NCBI RefSeq assembly: GCF_006345805.1
Contig: NW_021825187.1
Span: 1 to 16,388 of the forward strand
Direction of reading: 5' to 3'
Source: Octopus sinensis
Lineage: Eukaryota
DNA length: 16,388 nt
Shown: positions 1-8,165 of the stretch, in pieces
Layout of the letters: every line of letters begins with the position of its first letter
Numbering within the stretch: the first letter of the stretch is position 1
Notes under the pieces: model-generated
Databases searched by the model: none
The model's input: the letters and a program-made list of their open reading frames with translations, nothing else
What the model was told of the DNA's origin: nothing
Translations under genes and position numbers: made by a program

Positions 1-464
1 TATGAATTGCCATGTACACGCTTACATACAATCATATATATTCCTCTTTTCCTCTATATGAAGACACCGTTAGAAACGCTCTTCATTTGGCATTTAGTTT
101 CCTCCATCAGAAAAAGACAAATGCAGAAACCTACAACAACCATCTCGATATATGCGTTTATTGTTTAATAATGACGTTTGTCAATGATATTGAGCTGTGG
201 CAATTAATTAAAATGCGGTTGTTGAGAACTTTGCTTTTATTTATTTTTTATTTTTTATTTAACAATGTTCTTTTGAATGGAAAATATCAAATTAGCCGAA
301 AGAATATAAATACCAAACATTGCATGTATTTATGTGAAAAGGTTAATGATTTGAACAATGCCTATGAAGAAAATTGTATATATGTAGTATATTAGAAATA
401 TTGGTACAATGAAATGCTGTCAGGATTTTACGCAGTAACCTGTGTGTTTGCATTTATGAGTGTA

Positions 465-613
465 TGCGTGTGTGTGTGTGTGTGTTATGTGTGTGTCTGT
501 GTGTGTGTGTGTGTTGTGTGTGTGTGTGTATGCATGTATTTTTGTGTGTCTGTCTAAAATTATATAGGCATATATATCTTTATCTCTCTCCATATCGGAA
601 TATATACGTTACG

Positions 614-690
<77 letters not shown>

Positions 691-784
691 GCATAAATAT
701 ATAAATATTCATGTATGTTCATATATATATATATATACATATAGACATACATACATATTTATAGATATATATGTATACATATTA

Positions 785-821
<37 letters not shown>

Positions 822-1000
822 CACACATAAAGATATATTTATGATTAAGTCCGCATATACGCACACGAACTCATGAACACGGAAACACATAGACTCATAC
901 ATATATATATGTATGTATGTGTGTATACCTATACACACAGACACATATATATGTACTTACGTACATTTATGTATATATATAATATATATACATATGCTTA
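465..1000. repeat. Compound microsatellite (TG)n, (CA)n, (TA)n, (TACA)n
   Basis: Read directly from the sequence; explains ORFs 464..844 and 759..944. Confidence 0.95.
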
Positions 1001-1108
1001 TATTTATTACAATATTCATAATATACAAAACAATATATGACATATCATTTACACAACCAAAGAAGTAATATTCAGAACTTGTGTACTCCCGATGGTATAT
1101 CACATATA

Positions 1109-2030
1109 TTGGGTCATCGCACAAATAATGCGGCTCTTTCAATTGCATCAACTAAAAGTAGGAGAGGGACGGGATAAACTACCAACATCAAGTTGCCATA
1201 AAAGCAGGTAGTAATTTTACCTTGTGGTAATTCTTAATACAAGTTCTGAAGAGTGCAGCTTGGTTTTAACAGTTATTTTTTCAAAGCTATAATATAAGTG
1301 ACAAAGGAGCATATTCGGCATATTTTGCTTTATGAGTTCAATAAAGGCAACAACGCAATGGAAAGTGCGAGGAATATTAATGCAGTATTTGGGGATCAGA
1401 CAAGGAACGTAAGCCAGTGTCAACAGAGGTTCCAGAAATTCCGAGCCCTAAACTACAGCCTAGAAGAAAAGCCTCGTCCTGGAAAATCTGTGGAGCTGGA
1501 CTAGGACGTGCTGCGATCCCTGGTGGAACAAAATCTCATCGTAACTTTTGAGGAACTAGTAGAGAAGCTTGGATTTGGTCATTCAACCATTTATCGAATG
1601 GATTCTCTATAAAAATGTCAAACGTCGAAGACAGTGGGTAGGGAAAGGAGAAACACCGAGACCCCAGGGTAAAAAAGGTTTTCAACCACGTTAGGTATTG
1701 TTATATGTTTGGTGGGATGTGAAAGGTTTAGTCCGCTTTGAACCTTTAAACCCAAACCAAACGATAACAAGGGAGATATACTGCGCACAGCTTGAGTGGC
1801 TTAAGTCAGTGCTAGAAGGAAAAACGATCATCTTTGGCTTCAAGACGAAAGGTGTTCTTCCATCAGGATAATGCTTGGCTACATATAGCGAGGATGACAT
1901 TCCAAAGACTGAAGCAGTTTGAATGAGAAACAATACCCCACCCACCATATTCGCCGGACATTGTCCCATCTCATAACCATTTATTCTGCAGTTTTCAAAA
2001 TCATTTGGACAGACAAAATATGAGAAAACT
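1109..2030 (+). mobile_element. Defective mariner (Tc1/mariner, D34D) DNA transposon; internally deleted, 3' end missing
   Basis: TA at 1107-1108 followed by TTGGGTCATCGCACAAATAATGCGG, which resembles mariner TIRs; transposase remnants follow. No matching 3' TIR found. Confidence 0.88.
1298..2030 (+). pseudogene. Mariner transposase pseudogene
   Basis: N-terminal HIRHILLYEFNKG...ARNINAVFG...FQKFR...SLEEKPRPG (HTH region), stop at 1502-1504, continues to HSTIYR. After a deletion near 1595: WILYKNVKRRRQW, VWWDVKG, TITREIYCAQL; frameshift at the A-run near 1820; then FFHQDNA (Asp at 1867) and HPPYSPDIVPSHNHLF. The third catalytic position (1972) is 35 codons after the second Asp (D34D spacing) but reads His. 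Confidence 0.92.
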
Positions 2031-2136
2031 AAAGGGACACATACTTGTTACGTGTTTCTTAGTAGATTGTTCTTTTATCAAAAGCAGAAACTAGAATCAA
2101 TATTACATGCTTTTTCTTGTTTCTTTTCTTAATAAG

Positions 2137-2355
2137 ATGGCGAGCTGGCAAAATGGTTAGCACGCTGGGCAGGATGCTTAGCGGTATTTCGTCTATCTTT
2201 ACTTCCTAAGTTCAAATTCTACCGAGGTCGACTTTGCCTTACACTTTCATCCTTTCGGGATCGATAAATTAAGTACCAGTGAAACACTGATGTCGATGCA
2301 ATCGACTTATCCCCTCCACCCAAGGTTCTGGTCTTGTACCTAAACTTGAAATCAA
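2137..2355 (+). mobile_element. SINE family A, near full-length copy
   Basis: Head GGCGAGCTGGCA...GTTAGCACGC, AGTTCAAATT box, core GAGGTCGACTTTGCC...TTTCATCCTTTCGGG.TCGATAAATTAAGTACCAG; homologous to the copies at 6.3, 8.2-8.8, 11.6 and 15.0 kb. Confidence 0.9.
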
Positions 2356-2399
2356 TATTACTTTTGTTAATTCAACTTTTAAAACACGATGGAATTGAA

Positions 2400-2450
2400 C
2401 AGTGGATTTGAACTCAGAATGTAGGAAGTAGGAATAATTACCGCAATATA
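2400..2450 (-). mobile_element. SINE family A fragment
   Basis: ATTTGAACTCAGAATGTA is the reverse complement of the conserved TACGTTCTGAGTTCAAAT motif. Confidence 0.55.
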
Positions 2451-2829
2451 TCATGTCTGCTAATTGACCACCTATCTGCTTTTATTTGTCAATACTGAAT
2501 ATCGCTAGTTTCTTCAGATTCTGCTGTCTTACTAAATATAAACCGTAGGTTTGTACAACTATAGCTGACCAAGGATCAATTAACTGTAACAACAGCAGCA
2601 ACAGCACAAATGTCGACTAGTAATAATCATCATCATCATCAAAATCAAGAAGAGAATCTCATTAATATAGATTTCTTTCGGCTAATCACATGACCAGAGG
2701 ATTAATCGACCGTAACAACCTTCACGTCATAAAGGCAGCCATTTTATCGCGCCTGTGAGGGTGGAACTAAATAGAATTCAGTTCAACGCTTTAATGCCTC
2801 GCGCTCTCTTTCACCGATATTAAATTATG

Positions 2830-2990
2830 TCGGTTATTGAAATAGTAATATTCCTTTCAGTTATGTAGCGGTAAATCTGTTTGTTATGCGGCAGTAAAAA
2901 TGTGTTAACTAAATGATGGGAACAGAGTTTTAGTTAAATGGACAAATACTTCGCGAGTCAAGGAGATAAAATATGGTTACTTTCGCTAGT
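2830..2990. repeat. Degenerate AT-rich tandem repeat related to 5965-6280
   Basis: TTAACTAAATGATGG at 2905-2919 and 6227-6241, each followed at the same offset by TTAGTTAAAT (2930-2939; 6252-6261). Confidence 0.55.
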
Positions 2991-3323
2991 ATTCTTTCCA
3001 TTTATATAACGATAAATGTGTTTGTGGATCTTTTCGGTTTGACCGGCAGTTCTTAACATAATTTCTAGGTAACTAAAAAATTTTAAACTTTGTATACTGG
3101 TAGAATGTATTTATAAAACATCTTTTTCTTTTGGCTTTATTGAGAAAATTCTATAGTTTGTAAGATATTTGTTGTTTTTTTTTTCTTCAATTTCTGCAAT
3201 TTCAACCAATCACTGACGTCTATTTGAGGTGAAAACATTCTGTGCCGTATGAATATGTCCCTCGTTTAAGAAACAGATTGGGTTTATTTACATTTGTGAA
3301 GAAAAAAGATACCATTCACCCAC

Positions 3324-3362
3324 CCCTAACCCTAACCAACCCTAACTAACCATAAACCTAAA
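3324..3362. repeat. Interstitial telomere-like (CCCTAA)n tract, degenerate
   Basis: CCCTAACCCTAACCAACCCTAACTAACCATAAACCTAA inside the inverted-repeat element. Confidence 0.8.
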
Positions 3363-3395
3363 ACAGATTGAAATGCAATAGATCGATACTAGAGT

Positions 3396-3504
3396 CATAA
3401 TTATGGGTGACAATTTCATAATTATGGGTGACAATTTCATAATTATGGGTGGCAATTTCATAATTATGGGTGACAATTTCATAATTATGGGTGGCAATTT
3501 CATA
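3396..3504. repeat. 21-bp minisatellite, 5 units, CATAATTATGGGTG(A/G)CAATTT
   Basis: Units start at 3396, 3417, 3438, 3459 and 3480; variant order A,A,G,A,G; each begins with the perfect palindrome CATAATTATG. Confidence 0.97.
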
Positions 3505-3541
3505 TGACAGCACTAGAAAAAACTGCCGTTCAAACCGAAAA

Positions 3542-3950
3542 GATCTTTACCTTTTGATTGACAGATTTAAAAAAATAATTTTTGTAACTAAGCACCTTCA
3601 AACTTCGTTCACTGGTAGAATGTGCCATATAAAACATCTTTTACTCTTAGCGTTTTTGAGAAAAGCTTATATTTAGGAAGTTATTTCACGTTAAAGTTGT
3701 CGTATTTCGGTAATTTCAACCAATCAATGATGTGTATTCAGCTGAATAAAATTACTACTGTTGTTTGTCAACAGGAACTTCCGGGATGTATATTTCGTTT
3801 GTCAGTGATTTATGACAACATTAAACCTAACCTTAAAACCTTATCCCTAACCCTAACCCTAAACCTAACCCTAACCCTAAAACCTAAGTTACTTTCTGTG
3901 GTTGGAAGTTAATTAATTCATGCAAGAAGTACTGCGTACGCATTACTTTG
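3542..3950. mobile_element. Older, diverged relative of the 3027-3545 element (right end uncertain)
   Basis: Colinear shared blocks: GTAACTAA, ACTGGTAGAATGT, ATAAAACATCTTTT, TTGAGAAAA, AATTTCAACCAATCA, then (CCCTAA)n at 3825-3887. Confidence 0.75.
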
Positions 3951-4110
3951 AAGATGTTAATTAATAATCATCGCTAGAAAACTGGGTTAATAAATTCATA
4001 AGCCAGCACACATTGAGTATGACAGCTATAAAAAATTTTATATATTAAATAGCAATAAATGTCATCGTCCTCGTCCTTATTATTTTAGCCTAAATAACAT
4101 TAATTAATTA

Positions 4111-4451
4111 CCGTATTTGATGGCCTATAAGATGCACGTGTGCATAGGACGTAGCCTAGCCTAGGCTATACTTTTGTAAAATAAATTACCTCTAAAATAA
4201 TGTTTTAATTTCTCCACTTACCTGTATAACTTTACGTTATTACCGATAATTATAAGCAATTTATTGCATCCACATTCGATATTAAAATACCGTGGGTGAT
4301 TGTTCACCGATAGATGGCAGCACACCTTTTGCAAACATACATGCCGTTTTGAACCAACACTGAGTGCATTGGACGCAAGGGGATTTTTAAAGCCATTTTT
4401 GGGTAAAAATAAAAAAAAAGAAAGGTGCGTCTTATAGGCCATCAAATGTGG
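4111..4451. mobile_element. 341-bp MITE, Tc1/mariner superfamily (Tc2/pogo-like TIR), TA target duplication
   Basis: TIR CCGTATTTGATGGCCTATAAGATGCAC (4111-4137) versus the reverse complement of 4425-4451, 24/27 identical; TA at 4109-4110 and 4452-4453. The CCGTATT...TAAGAYGCAC pattern matches Tc2-group elements as I recall them. Confidence 0.88.
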
Positions 4452-4920
4452 TAATTATTGTTAAAACTGACAGTTTCATGGAATCTCTTATTATAAAGGC
4501 AGATTTTATCTGCCTCCCTTTGGGATTATACAAATCTACAATATAGGATTTCTCAATTACAATTTACCTAGCAGTTTTGAGAGTACAAAGGCATCGCGTC
4601 ATGCCAGGTCCAGTTTTTAAAATTTTAAACTCCAAGTAAGCAAAATTTACAGAAAACTTACATTCTGGTGTGTGTGTCAAATGCTTTTCTTAGTCTGGTT
4701 CAGCACACGCAAACGCACACACACAGTGGGCAAGGAATAAAATGAAAGTAATTCACTTACTGTAGTGAGTGATTCTTTCACTCTGCCTCCCACTTCCTCT
4801 TTAGACACATAGAAACAACTTTTATTTTTTTACATAAGTAATGAAGCGAAAGAGACTAAGAGAAAGCGATTGTATGACGAGGGAAGTTCCTTTGAAGTTA
4901 CCGTGCATGGGACTCATTGA

Positions 4921-5150
4921 TGTACATGTGTGTGTGTGTGTGTTTGATGGAGTGTGGGAGACAGACAGTATGTTGTGTAAGTGAAGTGCTTCTGTTAGTG
5001 TGTGTGAAGAGACAGAGAGAGTAATGTGTGAAAGAGAGAGATAACTGAAATTTTTTACTCGGTTTATGTGTATATGTATGTATGCATGTATGTGTGTGTG
5101 TGTGTGTATGTATGTATTTATATATAAAAGAAAGGTTGTGTGTCTGTCTA
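4921..5150. repeat. (TG)n/(GA)n/(TATG)n compound microsatellite inside the Helitron
   Basis: Read directly; explains ORF 4898..5179. Confidence 0.85.
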
Positions 5151-5309
5151 CTCCGATTTAGATTCCTAACTACTCCCACATTTTGCGATGCAGTTTAACC
5201 AAAACCGGGTATCTTATAGTCGTGATTCATATCGAGCCCTTCTGGGTATTAGCGCGCGTCTACGATGAGTCTATGATTTTACAAATAATTTACCATCATT
5301 TTTTTTCCA

Positions 5310-5833
5310 TTTTAATGCATGCATTTTTAAAAAATAACGGAAGTAACTCTCAAACTTCACACCAATATGCTGCTCATATGCGACGTAATATCACATCACC
5401 ACATTTCCTCACACCCTCCTTGCACTTGGCGAAGGCAAAATACCAGGGGATGAAAATGGTAATATTGCCATCGATTCCATTTGTACCATTGTTAAGACGC
5501 CTTCTGATCTCAGAGATGCAGTGTTCCCAGATTTACAAGCTAATTATCAGAATATGGATTGGATTGGCAAAAAGGCTATACTGGCCCCGAGGAATAAAAC
5601 TGTTCACCCATATTAATGATGAAATGCTAAAACTCATTCCTGGGGAAGTCGATGTATATCAGTCTATCGATACAACTCCCTGACCCAGAGGACGTCATCA
5701 ACTATCCAATAGAGGTACTCAATTCCTTTGAGCACCCCAACTACCACCACACTTTCTCAAACTTAAAGTTAGTGCCCCTATAATGCTCATCAGAAATTTG
5801 GTTCCCCCAAAACAATGCAATGGCACACGTTTG
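5310..5833 (+). pseudogene. Helitron PIF1-family (SF1) helicase fragment with multiple frameshifts
   Basis: Stitched frames give NAC..., LKLHTNM, LLALGEGKIPGD...VFPDLQANYQNMDWIGKKAILAPRN, INDEMLKLIPGE...YQSIDT, NYPIEVLNSFE, LPPHFLKLKVSAPIMLIRNLVPPKQCNGTRL. These match the RAILAPxN, YPxEFLNS and LPPHxLxLKVGxPIMLLRN...CNGTRL motifs of Helitron helicases. Confidence 0.93.
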
Positions 5834-5964
5834 GCGTTAAGTCCTTATCTCCCACCGTAAGCTTATTTCAATATTTGCCTGAATAATCATCATAATTCAG
5901 TGCAATCATTAACAGTACTTTCAAGCAATTCAGCCCCGAGCAACGCCGGGCAATTCTGCTAGTG

Positions 5965-6280
5965 AAAGGATATTAGTTAAGCAAATCAGTACCATATTTT
6001 AGTGAAGTAATATTCGTTAAATTGTCGGAAAATTTACGTTAGCTAAACGGTGGTAAAATGTAGATGGCTTAATACCAAGTTGAACTGGTTGAAATATAAC
6101 TGCAATAGTTAAATAGTTAAATTGTATAACTGCAATAGTTAAATGGTGGTAAGATTATATTAGATTCTTTAATATTTGATTGTATAGGTTAAATTATCGG
6201 TAAAATTTCTTGTAATGGTAAAACTATTAACTAAATGATGGATAAATTGTATTAGTTAAATACATTAATACCAAGTTAAA
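5965..6280. repeat. Degenerate AT-rich tandem repeat (GTTAAAT / CTGCAATAGTTAAAT motifs), continuing at 6778-6945
   Basis: Exact TATAACTGCAATAGTTAAAT at 6095-6114 and 6125-6144; recurrent GTTAAAT..GGTAAAAT motifs roughly every 24-30 bp. Confidence 0.65.
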
Positions 6281-6507
6281 AATAATAATAATCTCCTTTT
6301 TACCACAGAAACAAGGCCTGAAATTTCGGGGAGGGGAATAGTCGATTACGTCGACCCCAGTACTCAACTGGTACCTAATTTATCGACCTCGAAAGGAGGA
6401 AATGTAAAGTCGACCTCGGTGGAACTTGAACTCAGAACGTAAAGACGGAAGAAATACCACAAATCATTCTGACCGGTCTCCTAACAATTCTGCCTGCTCG
6501 CCGCCTT
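6281..6507 (-). mobile_element. SINE family A, near full-length copy on the minus strand
   Basis: Reverse complement reads AAGGCGGCGAGCAGGCAGAATTGTTAG...TACGTTCTGAGTTCAAG...GAGGTCGACTTTAC...GGTCGATAAATTAGGTACCAG...TTTCAGGCCTTGT, followed by an (ATT)n tail. Confidence 0.9.
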
Positions 6508-6552
6508 CAAATTGATTACATCCGTAAAATTTATATCCGTAAAACTGCAATA

Positions 6553-6777
6553 ATTATAATAAATAATGTTCGTCCTTCGGGTTCGAAGATGACCATTGAC
6601 ATCATTTGGTGGAATTGCTGCTATGAGACCGGAGGTGGCTGGTGAGACATATCCGGGCAAGAAAGCCCCTCCCACAGGTGGGGCAGAAGTGGATAGGGGC
6701 TGTGCTATTGGTGCAGGTGGCTCTGGCTTTCCGCATCTGGCGTTTCTGTTCTGCTGACTGAATCCATCTCTCCTCGG
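6553..6777 (-). mobile_element. 5'-truncated RTE-type non-LTR retrotransposon (3' end), 8-bp TSD
   Basis: Minus strand: end of ORF, short 3' UTR with stem-loop GTC-AT-CTTCG-AACC-CGAAG-GAC, (ATT)-like tail at 6553-6567; TSD CTGCAATA at 6545-6552 and 6778-6785. Confidence 0.85.
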
Positions 6778-6778
6778 C
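6602..6778 (-). pseudogene. C-terminus of RTE-type LINE ORF with a C2H2 zinc finger
   Basis: Uninterrupted frame missing from the ORF track: AEERWIQSAEQKRQMRKARATCTNSTAPIHFCPTCGRGFLARICLTSHLRSHSSNSTK*. It has the C-x2-C-x12-H-x3-H pattern and the E.KR..RK.R motif seen before the finger in RTE-like ORFs. Confidence 0.88.
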
Positions 6779-7099
6779 TGCAATAGTTAAATTATATTAG
6801 ACGGAAGCACTAATATTTAACTGTGTTAGTTAAACCGTCGATAAAAAACTGTTTGCTCAGAGGTAGTTAAAGTAATATTTGTTCAACGGTTATAAGACGG
6901 TGTTTGCTAGTTATGTGTAGTTAACGCTACCTTAATTGAACAGCGGTGTTGTGATATTATTATTCAAGGGAAACAGCGCGAAAATAGATTAAATCCACAT
7001 TTCACACTCCATTTCCTTGACATTTTTGCTAAAACTTCACGTCTCATTAGAAAATCATCAATATCAGTCTTTGTTAGTGTTTTTTTTTATACTTGAAAT

Positions 7100-7622
7100 C
7101 ATATCATTATAATAATGATCGTCATAATTAAGATGTTAATTGCGATCATGTTCATCACAATTATTATCATCACATTACCGTTGCACCTCCCCCGCCCCCC
7201 CACTCCGCCACAGCCATTACACCATCAGTAGAGTCAACCCCCTCACCCCCATCACCTCCATTGCCATCACGGCTGCCACGGCCATCCTCACAACCATTTC
7301 CACCTTTATATGTTAAAAGAAAGCAAAAAAAAAATCAGAAGGGAGGGTCATGGCTGGAAGATTTCTGGATGTAGATCTCCCGATGAAAGCTTTCCTGGGG
7401 CTAAACAACAGTCATCACTATAGTCATTATCCTCCTCCACCTGTTCTTCCTCCTGCTCCTCCTGCTCCTGCTCCTCCTCCTCATCATCATCATCACCACC
7501 ACCAGCACCACCACCACCACCACACCACCACCACCACCATAATCCTCTTCATCATCCTCATCATCCTCATCATTATCATCATCATCATCATCACCATTTT
7601 CAACGTCAGCTTTATCAGCATC

Positions 7623-7669
<47 letters not shown>

Positions 7670-8050
7670 TATCATCGTCATCGTCGTCGTGGTCGTGGTC
7701 ATCATGATGATGATGATGACCATCATCATCATTATCGTCGGCGTCATCGTCATCATCGATGTCATCGTTGTCGCCGCGTCATCATCATCATCGTCTTCAT
7801 CATCACCATCGTCATCGTCGTCACCGTAGTGTCATCATGACTATAATGTTCATCATCATTAGCATCATCGTTGTCGTCGAGGTTGTCATCACGATCATAA
7901 TCATCATCATTTGCAACAGCAGCACCATCACTAATCGTAACAACATCCGTAACAGCATCAGTTGCAGCAGCAGTAGCAACAAGGGTAACGCTTACGTCTT
8001 CTACTTCCTCCACTATCTCTTTCATCTCCTCCTACTACTACTACTTCTAG
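7100..8050. repeat. Long cryptic trinucleotide block (ATC/ACC/CCT/GTC/GCA)n
   Basis: Read directly; generates the poly-I/H/S/M ORFs between 7350 and 8067. Confidence 0.93.
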
Positions 8051-8165
8051 TTCTGGGAATAAACTAAAATTTTGGCAATCACTACAAGCGTAAGAATTGG
8101 TAGAATTCTGCGTTTTGTTGTATGGTTTATTGTGAAACCTTCTCTAAAACAATAAATGAATAAAA

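Larger units (their letters stand above)
3027..3545. mobile_element. Non-autonomous 519-bp MITE-like element with 25-bp terminal inverted repeats
   Basis: GATCTTTTCGGTTTGACCGGCAGTT (3027-3051) versus AACTGCCGTTCAAACCGAAAAGATC (3521-3545): 24/25 as inverted repeats. No coding capacity. Confidence 0.85.
4484..5962 (+). mobile_element. Non-autonomous Helitron (rolling-circle transposon), 1479 bp
   Basis: 5' A|TC at 4483|4484 (TCTCTTATTATAAAGG); 3' GC-rich hairpin CCCG(A)GC-AAC-GCCGGG (5935-5950), 8-nt spacer, CTAG (5959-5962) then T. No TSD; internal PIF1 helicase remnant. The 5' boundary is less certain than the 3'. Confidence 0.82.

Noticed and set aside
12-395. 127-aa ORF at the window start
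   Set aside because: AT-rich, biased to N/I/F/L, no recognisable motif and no convincing splice structure; probably a chance ORF.
3396-3504. CRISPR-like array of palindromic repeats
   Set aside because: Units are directly adjacent with no unique spacers, there are no cas genes, and the context is eukaryotic.
3324-3887. True telomere or chromosome-fusion scar
   Set aside because: The tracts are short, degenerate, all in one orientation and occupy equivalent positions in two related dispersed elements.
5183-5683. 166-aa ORF as a host gene
   Set aside because: Only the last ~25 residues are in the helicase frame; the rest is an off-frame reading of the Helitron remnant.
6553-6600. RTE 3' end as the partner tail of the local SINEs
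   Set aside because: Neither family A tail nor the family B tail shows visible similarity to GTCATCTTCGAACCCGAAGGACGAAC.
6481-6783. 100-aa Pro-rich ORF on the minus strand
   Set aside because: It is the shifted frame of the RTE zinc-finger region and runs through the tail and TSD into flanking DNA.
7350-7829. ORF with good Kozak context and poly-Pro/poly-His, resembling a transcription factor N-terminus
   Set aside because: After about 22 unique codons it is wholly trinucleotide repeat and runs into poly-Ile with no domain or clear donor site. RNA-seq coverage of 7340-7520 would be needed to revive it.
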